Origin: Dehalococcoidia bacterium
GTDB lineage: Bacteria; Chloroflexota; Dehalococcoidia; Lucifugimonadales; UBA2962
Reading direction: 5' to 3'
Length of the DNA: 64,000 bases
Assembly: GCA_963664125.2 (NCBI GenBank)
Contig: OY760908.2
Span: forward strand, 1,276,314 to 1,340,313
This document shows, piece after piece, positions 54,342-63,221 of this stretch; the first letter of the stretch is position 1; the number at the start of each line of letters is the position of its first letter. The notes beneath the pieces were generated by a model. The model was not told where the DNA came from and searched no databases. It saw nothing but the letters and a program-made list of their open reading frames with translations. Made by a program: the position numbers and the translations under genes.

Positions 54342-54590
54342 GTGAATGTGCCTGACGTGGCGCTTCGGGGCGTCCCGGAACATCTTCATCAGGAGTTGAA
54401 GTCGGCCGCCAGCCGTAACCACCGCAGCCTGAACGGGGAGATACTTGCCAGGCTGGAGGCTTCGGTTCACAGCGCGCCGCTGGACGTACAGGCGCTCCTG
54501 GAACGAATACGTCTCAGGCGGGAGGGCATTGGCCATATCGATCTGAGTGAGAACGCCCTGCGAGCGATGAGGGACGCGGGCCGACCGTGA
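54342..54590 (+). CDS. vapB: ribbon-helix-helix (Arc/MetJ-type) antitoxin, VapB/FitA-like
   Basis: 82 aa: ...VALRGVPEHLHQELKSAASRNHRSLNGEILARLE. GTG 54348 is an alternative start with better spacing from AGGAGG. Its stop overlaps the vapC start (GTGA). Confidence 0.8.
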   Translation: MNVPDVALRGVPEHLHQELKSAASRNHRSLNGEILARLEASVHSAPLDVQALLERIRLRREGIGHIDLSENALRAMRDAGRP

Positions 54591-54991
54591 TTGTGGTCGA
54601 CACGAATGTCGTGACGAGCCTCGTGGTGGGCGGGGAGGACGGGGCCGACTCGGCCGCATTGCTGGAGCGGGACACCGAATGGGCGGCGCCCGGCATTCTA
54701 GTCAGCGAGCTGCGCAACGTCCTGCTCGGCTTTGTGCGGAGGGGAGGGTTGACCCCTGAGCAAGCCAAGGCCATGTGCGATGATGCGTCGCTGGTGCTGG
54801 GAGGCCGCATCATAAGCGTGGGCGGCTCTCAGGTGATGGACACCGCTCTGGAATGCGGCCTAACTGCCTACGACGCAGAGTTTGTCGTCCTTGCCCGGAC
54901 GCTGGGCGTCCCGCTGGCTACGTCGGACCGGGCTATCCTGGCCGGCGCCCCGGACGTTGCGTCGGACCCGAGGTCATTGGCTCCGGCCTGA
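54587..54991 (+). CDS. vapC: PIN-domain ribonuclease toxin VapC
   Basis: 134 aa: MIVVDTNVV...SELRNVL...AYDAEFVVLA...ATSD, the four acidic PIN positions. Confidence 0.85.
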   Translation: MIVVDTNVVTSLVVGGEDGADSAALLERDTEWAAPGILVSELRNVLLGFVRRGGLTPEQAKAMCDDASLVLGGRIISVGGSQVMDTALECGLTAYDAEFVVLARTLGVPLATSDRAILAGAPDVASDPRSLAPA

Positions 54992-55077
54992 GCCGAAACG
55001 CGAACCACGTCCACTCCGTCCGCCTGCGGCGAGCCTCAAGACGCGCATCGCCGCCGTCGCCGGATGGGAGGACTAGC

Positions 55078-55323
55078 ATTAAGTATCCGGTGTTCGTCGA
55101 CGCGAAGGCGGGCGCTTGCGGAGCGGTATTTCCAGATCTGCCGGGCTGCTTGGCAATCGGCTATACCCCGGATGAGGTAGTTCGCAATGCGGAAGATGCG
55201 ATGCGCGACTGGATTGCCAGCATGGAGGCAAACGGGCAGAGGGTTCCTGGGCCAAGTCCCCTGTCATCCATCACGGTTCCCGAGGGCAACACGGTCACTT
55301 CCATTTCGACGGTAGGCGTTTAG
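55078..55323 (+). CDS. HicB-like antitoxin-family protein with an apparent ATT initiation codon
   Basis: (I/M)KYPVFVDAKAGACGAVFPDLPGCLAIGYTPDEVVRNAEDAMRDWI... GGGAGGA (55066-55072) lies 5 nt upstream of ATT 55078. No ATG, GTG or TTG lies in frame between the vapC stop and this codon. Confidence 0.6.
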   Translation: MKYPVFVDAKAGACGAVFPDLPGCLAIGYTPDEVVRNAEDAMRDWIASMEANGQRVPGPSPLSSITVPEGNTVTSISTVGV

Positions 55324-55566
55324 GCGACGTGACAAAGGTGGCGGCGACGGTGCGGTGAAGCCGGGGGGCGCGACCGCGCGCCGAACCCCGGCAGCGGGGC
55401 GGCCTTTCCCGTCGCCCCCTAGTGCCCGCCCTCGGCCCTTCAGCCGCCGCGCCGGAGCCAGGGCGCGGCAACCCATCAAAGGCCGCTTGCCTATTCCCTC
55501 ATCAACTGTGAGCAGCTACGGACGCGCGCCTGCGGCCGTTGAACGCAGGTCGCGGCCGGCGGTAGT

Positions 55567-56340
55567 ATGCGCGCTGTGAACGGTCACGGCAGGCTTGCGG
55601 GCAAGGTGGCGCTGATCACGGGTGCCGCGCGCGGGCAGGGCGCCGCGGAGGCGATGCTCTTCGCACGCGAGGGCGCCAGGGTCGTCGCCTGCGACCTGCT
55701 GGCCGAGCAGGGAGGGGCCGTGGTCGATCGGATCAATCGGGACCTGGGCGAGCGCTCGGCGGTGTTCTGCAGGCTGGACGTGAGCCGGGAGGAGGACTGG
55801 AGGCGGGCGGTGGCCGGGGCGGAATCGGCGTTCGGAGCCGTCACGGTCCTGGTCAGCAACGCCGGCGTCCTGTCGCCGAGCCGCATCCTGGAGACCTCCG
55901 AGCGGGAGTGGGACAGGACCATGGCGGTCAACGCCGCGGGCCCCTTCCTTGGCATCAAGCACGCCGTGCCGTCGATGAGGGCGGCCGGCGGGGGATCCAT
56001 CGTCAACGTCGCGTCGATCTCCGCGATGGCGGCGGGACCCCTCGCCGCCGCCTACCACGCCTCGAAGGGGGCGGTGCGCAGCCTCTCGCGGGCGGCGGCC
56101 ATCCAGTTCGCCGGTGACGGCATTAGGGTCAACACGGTCTTCCCCGGTCCGGTCGACACGCCAATGCTCTGGGAGGCGTACCCGGCGCAGCACGTCCGGC
56201 GCTTCGAGACCGAGCACCCCATGGGGCGAATGGCGGATCCCGGGGAGATCGCGGGCGGTGTTCTGTTCCTGGCCTCGGACGAATCGTCGTACATGACGGG
56301 TTCCGAGCTCGTGATCGACGGGGGCTGGACGGCGCAGTAG
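55567..56340 (+). CDS. SDR-family oxidoreductase (paralog 1 of 3)
   Basis: 257 aa with TGAARGQG, NNAG-like SNAGV, YHASKGA (YxxxK) and PGPVDTPM motifs. Confidence 0.9.
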   Translation: MRAVNGHGRLAGKVALITGAARGQGAAEAMLFAREGARVVACDLLAEQGGAVVDRINRDLGERSAVFCRLDVSREEDWRRAVAGAESAFGAVTVLVSNAGVLSPSRILETSEREWDRTMAVNAAGPFLGIKHAVPSMRAAGGGSIVNVASISAMAAGPLAAAYHASKGAVRSLSRAAAIQFAGDGIRVNTVFPGPVDTPMLWEAYPAQHVRRFETEHPMGRMADPGEIAGGVLFLASDESSYMTGSELVIDGGWTAQ

Positions 56341-56378
56341 GTCGGGCGGCGGCCCGCGCCGCCCGGGGAGGGAGTGAC

Positions 56379-57122
56379 ATGAGGCTGGAAGGCAAGGTGG
56401 CCATCATCAGCGGCGGGGCAGGGGCGATGGGATCGACCGAGGCCAGGCTGTTCGCGTCCGAGGGGGCCGCGGTGGTCCTGGGCGACGTGGTCGACGGGGA
56501 GGACGTCGCGCGGCAGATCGAGGACGCGGGGGGCAGGGCGACGTTTGCCCGCCTCGACGTTACGCGCGAGGAGGACTGGGAGGCGATCGTCGCGCGGGCC
56601 GAGGACCGCTTCGGACAGGTCGACGTGCTGATCAACAACGCCGGGGTGTTCCGCACGACGCGGATCCACGAGACCACGCTCGCCGAGTGGGAGGACATAA
56701 TGGCGATCAACGCCCGTGGCGTCTTTTTGGGGACCAGGGCGGTGATCCCGGCGATGCGCCGGGCCGGAGGCGGGTCGATCGTCAACATCTCCAGCACGGC
56801 CGGCCTGGTGGGCAACGCCCTCGAGGGGGCCTACACCGCGTCCAAGGGCGCGGTGCGGCTCTTCAGCAAGAGCTCGGCGATCCACTACGCGGCCGAGGGC
56901 ATACGCGTCAACTCGGTCCACCCGGGCCTGATCGACACCAAGATGGTCGACCACATCATGCGGGACGCGGAGCTGGGGGCCCAGGTGCTGGCCAGGGTGC
57001 CCATGGGCCGCATGGGAACGGCCGAGGAGGTCGCGAGGATGGTCATGTTCCTTGCGTCGGACGACTCGTCCTACGTGACCGGCGGTGAGTTCGTGATCGA
57101 CGGCGGCTACTCCGCCCAGTGA
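56379..57122 (+). CDS. SDR-family oxidoreductase (paralog 2 of 3; 3-alpha/20-beta-hydroxysteroid dehydrogenase-like)
   Basis: 247 aa with SGGAGAMG, NNAGV, YTASKGA and PGLIDTKM motifs. Confidence 0.9.
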   Translation: MRLEGKVAIISGGAGAMGSTEARLFASEGAAVVLGDVVDGEDVARQIEDAGGRATFARLDVTREEDWEAIVARAEDRFGQVDVLINNAGVFRTTRIHETTLAEWEDIMAINARGVFLGTRAVIPAMRRAGGGSIVNISSTAGLVGNALEGAYTASKGAVRLFSKSSAIHYAAEGIRVNSVHPGLIDTKMVDHIMRDAELGAQVLARVPMGRMGTAEEVARMVMFLASDDSSYVTGGEFVIDGGYSAQ

Positions 57123-57168
57123 TCCGCTCAGCCCGCCGCGGACCGGCCGCACGGCCCAGGGGGCCCGG

Positions 57169-57918
57169 TTGAGGCTCCTCGACCGGGTGGCCATCATCAC
57201 CGGCGGCGCGGGCGGCATCGGCGCCGCCCAGGCCGGGCTCTTCGCCGCCGAGCGCGCCAGGGTCGTGGTAGTGGACCTGGACGGGGAGGGGGGCGGTGCG
57301 GTCGCCTCCGGGATCGCGGACCGGGGCGGCTCGGCCCTGTTCGTGGAGGCGGACGTCTCGGTGGAGTCCGACTGGGACGCCGTGGTGCGCGCCTCGGTCG
57401 ACCGGTTCGGCGCGGTGCACGTGCTCGTCAACGGCGCCGGGGTCTACCAGACCCGGCCGCTCCATGAGGTGGGCGTGGGCGAGTGGGAGCGCATGATGGC
57501 CGTGAACGCGCGCGGCGCCTACCTGGGCACCCGCGCCGTGGTCCCGGTGATGCGCGGGCGGGGCGGCGGCTCGATAGTCAACGTCGCCTCAACCACCGCG
57601 CTGGTGGGCAGCCACAGGGGCGGGGCCTACGGCGCCTCGAAGGCGGCGCTGCTCGCCCTCACCACGCACACGGCCATCCAGCACGCGGCCGACGGGATAC
57701 GGGCCAACACCCTGGTGCCGGGCCCGGTGGAGACGGCGATGATCGCGGGGAACCTTGCCAGCGAGGAGGGCAGGGCGATGTCGATATCCCGCGTGCCGCT
57801 GGGCCGCCTCGCCGACCCGTCCGAGATAGCCTACGCGGCGCTGTACCTGGCCTCGGACGCATCCTCGTACGTCACCGGGGCCCACCTGGTTGTCGACGGC
57901 GGGCTCACCGCCCGGTGA
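57169..57918 (+). CDS. SDR-family oxidoreductase (paralog 3 of 3)
   Basis: 249 aa with TGGAGGIG, VNGAGV, YGASKAA and PGPVETAM motifs. Confidence 0.9.
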   Translation: MRLLDRVAIITGGAGGIGAAQAGLFAAERARVVVVDLDGEGGGAVASGIADRGGSALFVEADVSVESDWDAVVRASVDRFGAVHVLVNGAGVYQTRPLHEVGVGEWERMMAVNARGAYLGTRAVVPVMRGRGGGSIVNVASTTALVGSHRGGAYGASKAALLALTTHTAIQHAADGIRANTLVPGPVETAMIAGNLASEEGRAMSISRVPLGRLADPSEIAYAALYLASDASSYVTGAHLVVDGGLTAR

Positions 57919-57940
57919 GCCGGGCGGCCCCGGGGCCGCG

Positions 57941-58897
57941 CTAGAAGATCGCTATCGGGTTGACCGGGCACCCGGTGCCCCCCACGATGCGCAGGGGGCC
58001 CATGCTCAGCATGAACTCCCACCGGCCGCGCTCGGCGCAGGCGGCCGCCAGCTCCTCGAGGTTGGCGTTGTCCAGCACCCACACCCCCATGCGGATGAGG
58101 GCCACCTGGTGGATGGGGTTGGTCACGGTCGGGTAGGTCGGGGGCAGCATGTCGTTGGAAGTGTCGGTGCCCAGCACCGCGACGTCCCGCTCGCGGAGCA
58201 GGGGGAGGCACGCGGCGTGGCATGCGGTCGAGCCGTCGACGACCGGGTTGAAGGGACCCTCGGTGCGCGTGCGCCGCAGCTGGCCGGTGCGGATGAGCAG
58301 GATGTCGCCCGGTCCTATCGTCACGCCGCACGCCTCCTCGGCGGCGAGTATGTCCTCGGGCATCACCCCCTCGTGTCGGTCGAGCCAGTCGACGCCCCGC
58401 ACGCGCGGCACGTCCACCAGCACGCCCCGGCCGACGATGCCGTCGCGCGCGGTGTCGACCGAGCAGGCCGTCGCCCCGCGGTTGGTCGACACCATCGAGG
58501 AGGGCCGCCCGTTGTACATCTGCCCGTTCCAGAAGAAGTGGGCGGTCGAATCGAGGTGGGTGATGTGGTAGCCGTGGTAGACCATCGAGACGTACTCGAG
58601 GGCGGCCTGGATCCCAAAGTCGGTGTGCTTTTCGTGGTGGGTCCACCCCTCGCCGCTCTCGAGCATCAGCCGGACCGTCGGGCGGTAGACCTCGGCGTCG
58701 TTGTTCGTGTCCAGGGGCCGCGAGCAGGTGACCGTCGCCCCCTCGCGGACCAGGGCGGCCGCGGCGCGCACGCGCTCGGGCGTGATCAGGTTGAGCGCTC
58801 CGACCTCGTCGTCCGGGCCCCAGCGTCCCCAGTTGCTGAGGCTGTCCATCCAGCCGACAACCTGCTCCTCGGTGGGCACTGGTGCGCGCTCGGTCAT
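57941..58897 (-). CDS. cyclase-family protein (kynurenine formamidase-like fold)
   Basis: 318 aa: ...SNWGRWGPDDEVGALNLIT...YHGYHITHLDSTAHF... This resembles the HxGTHxDxPxH-type motif of the putative cyclase family. Confidence 0.8.
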   Translation of the reverse strand: MTERAPVPTEEQVVGWMDSLSNWGRWGPDDEVGALNLITPERVRAAAALVREGATVTCSRPLDTNNDAEVYRPTVRLMLESGEGWTHHEKHTDFGIQAALEYVSMVYHGYHITHLDSTAHFFWNGQMYNGRPSSMVSTNRGATACSVDTARDGIVGRGVLVDVPRVRGVDWLDRHEGVMPEDILAAEEACGVTIGPGDILLIRTGQLRRTRTEGPFNPVVDGSTACHAACLPLLRERDVAVLGTDTSNDMLPPTYPTVTNPIHQVALIRMGVWVLDNANLEELAAACAERGRWEFMLSMGPLRIVGGTGCPVNPIAIF

Positions 58898-58965
58898 CGT
58901 CTCGGCTCCTCTCGGGCATCGCCCGGGGCCGCTAGTGTAAACCCCGGGCGGGGGCCCGGGCGTCT

Positions 58966-59841
58966 ATGCTTGGGACGCACGCCCGGCGCCGAATGATCAC
59001 GTCCTCGTTCATACAGCTCCCCGGGATAGGCCACGTGATCGAGCGGGAGATCTGGAGGTCCGGCGTCTCGACCTGGGACGGGTTCCGCGCCGCGCGCGAT
59101 CTGCCCGCGGTCGTCATGGGCCGGCGCCGCGAGCTCTCGTACATGCTTGGCGAGTGCGAGGAGCGCCTGGCCGCGGGCGACTCCGCCTGCCTCGCCGGGA
59201 TGCTCCCCGCCTCGGAGGCGTGGAGGCTCTACCCGGACTTTCGCGACCGGGCCGCCTTCCTCGACATAGAGACCACGGGCCTTTCCCCCGCCGGGGCGGA
59301 GGTGACGATGGTGGGCGTCCTGGACCGCGGCGGCTACCGGGCCTTCCTATCCGGCGAGAACCTGCGGGACCTGCCGTCTGCGCTGGCGGAGTACCGGCTG
59401 GTCGTCACCTACAACGGCGCGGCGTTCGACCTGCCGTTCCTTCAGCACCGCTTCGGTCGGTCCGTGTCGGCGCACATGGCGCACATCGACCTGATGCACC
59501 CGCTGCGCAGGCTAGGCCTGAGGGGCGGGCTGAAGGGCGTCGAGCGCAGGCTCGGGCTGGACCGCGGCGAGCTCACGGGGCTCTCGGGGATCGACGCGGT
59601 GCGGATGTGGCGCATGTGGGAGGACGGAGACGGCGGGGCGCGCGAGACCCTCGTTCGCTACAACGCCGAGGACGTGGCCTCGCTGCCGGCCATCGCGGAG
59701 TTCGTCTTCAGGTCGATGGCCCGCGGGCTCGACGTGGAGACCCCGGCCCTCGCGCCGTGGGAGGGACCGCGCATCGACCACCTGGAATTTGACGGGTCGG
59801 TGGTCGCCCGGCTGCGGCGGTCAGGCCCCCGGCGATTGTGA
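58966..59841 (+). CDS. RNase H-like (YprB/PolB-exonuclease-like) domain protein with an N-terminal HhH-like segment (start uncertain)
   Basis: 291 aa: ...FIQLPGIGHVIEREIW...AAFLDIETTGLSP...VTYNGAAFDLPFL...YNAEDV, the DEDD-like exonuclease motifs. Confidence 0.7.
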   Translation: MLGTHARRRMITSSFIQLPGIGHVIEREIWRSGVSTWDGFRAARDLPAVVMGRRRELSYMLGECEERLAAGDSACLAGMLPASEAWRLYPDFRDRAAFLDIETTGLSPAGAEVTMVGVLDRGGYRAFLSGENLRDLPSALAEYRLVVTYNGAAFDLPFLQHRFGRSVSAHMAHIDLMHPLRRLGLRGGLKGVERRLGLDRGELTGLSGIDAVRMWRMWEDGDGGARETLVRYNAEDVASLPAIAEFVFRSMARGLDVETPALAPWEGPRIDHLEFDGSVVARLRRSGPRRL

Positions 59842-59942
59842 CTTATTTAACCAAGTTGACACCCCACCAACGCGGTGCGAGTATCGCGGCGCGCCGCTGT
59901 GGGAACGCCTGCGGCCGCAGCCAGCTCGATTGGGGGCCCCAA

Positions 59943-61643
59943 ATGAATCGAACCATCCTGACAGCGCTCTTGGCCCTGATGCTCGGGCTCGCCATGACGG
60001 CCGCCGCCTGCGGCGCGTCGGACGACGACGAGCCCGCGGCTGATCCGACGGCCCCGGCGGCCGACGAGGCCATGGAGCCCGAGCCCACAGCGGCCCCCGC
60101 CGAGCCGGAGGTCATGGAGCCCGAGGCCACCAAGGTGATGGAGGAACCCGCCGAGGACTCGCGGTACGGGGGCACCCTCAGGGTGGTGTCCCAGGCCAGC
60201 ATCCCCTCCCTCGACGTGGCCTTCAGCGGGGCGTACGTAACGACGGCGGTCGCGTCCCACATGTACGAGACCCTCTTCGGCTGGGACAACGACATCCAGG
60301 ACCAGCCGGTGATGGTAGACAGCTGGTCATCCAGCGACGACAGCCTCAGCTGGACGTTCACCCTGCGCGACGGCATGGAGTTCCACGACGGCGCGCCGGT
60401 CACGGCCGACGACGTGCGGTCCAGCTACGAGCGCTGGCTGCCCGCCTGGTGCTCGCTCGCCAGCCTGATGCGCGAGTTCCAAGACGACGACTCGTTCGTC
60501 GTCAACGACCAGCTCTCGTTCACCATCAACCTCAACGAGCCGACGGGCTCGGTCGTGATGAGCATCGCAAAGCCGTACTGCAGCCCGCGCATAATGCCGT
60601 CCAGGATCGACGACGGCGTCGAGGCCACCACGCCGGTGGAGGAGTGGGTCGGCTCGGGTCCATACCAGTTCGTCAGGTGGCAGCAGGGCGACCGCGTCAT
60701 CATCGAGCGCTACGACGGCTACCAGTCGCGGACCGAGCCCGCGAGCCTGTACACCGGCGAGGTCAAGGCCTACATCGATGAGCTCATATGGCTGGAGATC
60801 CCCGACGAGGAGACCAAGCTCGCGGGCCTCGAGACGGGCGAGTGGGACGTGGTCGACGGGGCCGGCCTGGACTTCTACAGCAGGGTGAGCAGCAACGCGG
60901 ACCTGACGGTTCCGCTCTACAAGCCCGGCCACAGGACGAACCTGCTTATCCCGCCTAACCCGCCGTTCGACCAGACGGAGGCGCGCGTGGCCTTCCAGAC
61001 GGGAATCGACGTCGCCAACGTGATGGCGTCGCTCGGTCCCAGCGAGCTGTGGACCCTGTGCTCGGCCATCTTCTTCTGCGGCACGAGGTGGGAGACCGAC
61101 GCCGGGGAGGCCGAGCTCTACAACCTCAACGACAAGGAGGCGGCCCGTGGCATGCTGGCCGATTCTGGATATGACGGCGAGACGCTGGTGCTGCTGAACC
61201 CGACGGACTACTCGACGATCACGCCCACCGGGTTCGTGGTCAAGAGCGAGATGGAGGATCTGGGGTTCAACGTGGAGATGCCCGCCTTGGACTGGGCCAC
61301 CGTAGTCACCAAGTTTGGCAACCCCGAGAGCTTCGCCGTCGCGACCAGCTGGGACGTGCACTGGAACAGCACCAGCCCGCTGGAGCACGAGGCGATCGGG
61401 TCCAACTTCCCGGTCTTCCCGCCGCCGGTGCCCAAGCTCCACGAGCTGCGCAAGCAGTTCGCCCAGGCGATAGACGAGGCCGAGAAGCTGAGGCTGGTCG
61501 ACGAGCTGCAGGTGGAGTTCTACAGGAACGTCCCTGCGCTTTACCTCGGGGTGTTCTACAGCATCTACCCGGCCACGGCCGCGCTGAAGAACTTCGAGGT
61601 CAAGGCCTTCCCCTACTACGCCAACTCCTGGCTGGAGCGCTAG
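59943..61643 (+). CDS. ABC transporter substrate-binding lipoprotein, family 5
   Basis: 566 aa from ATG 59943: MNRTILTALLALMLGLAMTAAACG (lipobox). An acidic/Pro-rich linker follows, then the SBP_bac_5 core (GGTLRVVSQASIPSLD...WTFTLRDGMEFHDG). Confidence 0.85.
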   Translation: MNRTILTALLALMLGLAMTAAACGASDDDEPAADPTAPAADEAMEPEPTAAPAEPEVMEPEATKVMEEPAEDSRYGGTLRVVSQASIPSLDVAFSGAYVTTAVASHMYETLFGWDNDIQDQPVMVDSWSSSDDSLSWTFTLRDGMEFHDGAPVTADDVRSSYERWLPAWCSLASLMREFQDDDSFVVNDQLSFTINLNEPTGSVVMSIAKPYCSPRIMPSRIDDGVEATTPVEEWVGSGPYQFVRWQQGDRVIIERYDGYQSRTEPASLYTGEVKAYIDELIWLEIPDEETKLAGLETGEWDVVDGAGLDFYSRVSSNADLTVPLYKPGHRTNLLIPPNPPFDQTEARVAFQTGIDVANVMASLGPSELWTLCSAIFFCGTRWETDAGEAELYNLNDKEAARGMLADSGYDGETLVLLNPTDYSTITPTGFVVKSEMEDLGFNVEMPALDWATVVTKFGNPESFAVATSWDVHWNSTSPLEHEAIGSNFPVFPPPVPKLHELRKQFAQAIDEAEKLRLVDELQVEFYRNVPALYLGVFYSIYPATAALKNFEVKAFPYYANSWLER

Positions 61644-61690
61644 GTCGGTCGGCCCTCTAGCCGAGGAATCCTGCGGAACGAACGATAGAG

Positions 61691-61722
61691 TCGGCGGGCG
61701 GTGGCGGAGCACCGCCCGCCGA
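61691..61722. terminator. 13-bp perfect GC-rich hairpin between the convergent SBP and tcmP genes
   Basis: TCGGCGGGCGGTG-GCGGAG-CACCGCCCGCCGA, read from the sequence. There is no clear U-tract on either side. Confidence 0.4.
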
Positions 61723-61870
61723 TCAATTGACTATCCTCAAGGCAGCGAATCGTCGTTGCAGTCAGCGGAGCCGTAGCAGCCCGACCGCTGAAGCGTTCCG
61801 ATGTGGTTCGGTTTATTCCGGCGATAAGGGGCCGAAACCGCACTGCACCTAGAGGGCCAGCCTGGCGTGG

Positions 61871-63004
61871 CTATATGAGCTTGCGCTGTAGGGGTTTCCC
61901 GAACCTGATGAGACAACCATCGGGGTAAGATTTAGATCGGCGAGTCCTACCGTCAGCATTTCGGACATCAGTGATTCTCTGATCTTCACCATATTCCAAG
62001 TGCGTGAGAGCCTTTCTGAGATCCGAATCCAGCCACCATGAGTGCCAATCAATCTCATCAGTCATCAGGCGGTTGAAAGAAACCTCTTGGCCGTCGTACT
62101 TTCGGTACAAATGTTCTCCGATCTCTTCTGAGTATTCGCTCGCAATGTCCAGTCCCGGAATGACGCGATGGTCAGGTCCCACTCTATCCGCATAGCGGAA
62201 TTCTCCTGTGGGCGAAGCCGCGCGCATAGCCCTCTTCATCGCCTCCATTCCCTTGCCGCTGTGTGTCCCGAAGATCAGGTGATATGCTGTCTGATTCTGG
62301 ACATTCACCATCTCGAAGCTAGTCCCTCGCCATCCGATCTCTCGGAGCGCATCCTTATATTCGTCAACCAAGAATATGGCGCGCTGACGGCCCGTCAGGC
62401 CGATAGCTTGCCTCCACCTCGGCCCGCCATATAGCCTGTCGGCGGTCATGTGCTTGGAAGAGTCTGTAAGAATCCATTGCACGAACTCATTGTAATTCAG
62501 GTTGATGAGTACATCCATCCGATCGAATGACGCAAGCCGTTTCAGGATTTCCATAGAGAATCCAGCAGGTCCGAAGGGGTCAATAAATGTCAGCGTTGGA
62601 GGCATCTGAGATCCAGAACGACGGACATCGTCTAAGAAACCTGTCATCACCTCTTCGAACTCGCCGAATCTGGAATTTATTTTGAATGTATGTGGCCAAG
62701 TATGACCACCGATTTGACACGTGAGACTTCTGTGGTAATTGGGATCTTTCTCGACAAATAGAAACTCGACGATTCTGTCCTCTCGAGAGAACTTCATGAA
62801 ATCCCGATGCCGCTCGATTGTACGCATCGCTATGATGGGTGATCCCGGTTGTCCGCCTTCATATTCACCGGGACCAGCAAATCCATCAATGTACAATAGA
62901 TGCCTATGGGTTCGGCCAAGTATGGGGAACCACTCGTCCAAGTAGTACCGTAGGATATGATGTTTCGCCTCGGTGTGTGGTTGAATTGAAGGAAGTGTCG
63001 ACAT
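61871..63004 (-). CDS. tcmP: three-Cys-motif partner protein TcmP family (uncharacterised)
   Basis: 377 aa: ...PHTEAKHHILRYYLDEWFPIL...LLYIDGFAGPGEY...LTFIDPFGPAG... This matches my recollection of the TcmP family. GC is about 42-52% on hand-counted lines. Confidence 0.7.
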   Translation of the reverse strand: MSTLPSIQPHTEAKHHILRYYLDEWFPILGRTHRHLLYIDGFAGPGEYEGGQPGSPIIAMRTIERHRDFMKFSREDRIVEFLFVEKDPNYHRSLTCQIGGHTWPHTFKINSRFGEFEEVMTGFLDDVRRSGSQMPPTLTFIDPFGPAGFSMEILKRLASFDRMDVLINLNYNEFVQWILTDSSKHMTADRLYGGPRWRQAIGLTGRQRAIFLVDEYKDALREIGWRGTSFEMVNVQNQTAYHLIFGTHSGKGMEAMKRAMRAASPTGEFRYADRVGPDHRVIPGLDIASEYSEEIGEHLYRKYDGQEVSFNRLMTDEIDWHSWWLDSDLRKALTHLEYGEDQRITDVRNADGRTRRSKSYPDGCLIRFGKPLQRKLI

Positions 63005-63221
63005 TATCCCGCAGTCTCCACAGAGGTCAGGTTACAGAATCTATGGCACAGAGCGATACGCGCCTGGTGTTCCGTAGCCAATCTTAAGTCAGCCCTCCCG
63101 CTCAATCGTACGTAGGCCGACTGTGGATTTCTGGCTCATTCCAAAGCATCAAAGAGGCTGTACGTGCCGGCTTGTTGGGAGTACTTCCGGTCCATGCGCA
63201 CCGAATTTAGGGACGGGCATA

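Noticed and set aside
61650-61858. 10-bp inverted repeat GGCCCTCTAG / CTAGAGGGCC flanking the SBP-tcmP intergenic region, considered as terminal inverted repeats of a MITE.
   Set aside because: Identity does not extend beyond 10 bp, no target-site duplication is present, and I saw no further copies. It is compatible with chance in GC-rich DNA.
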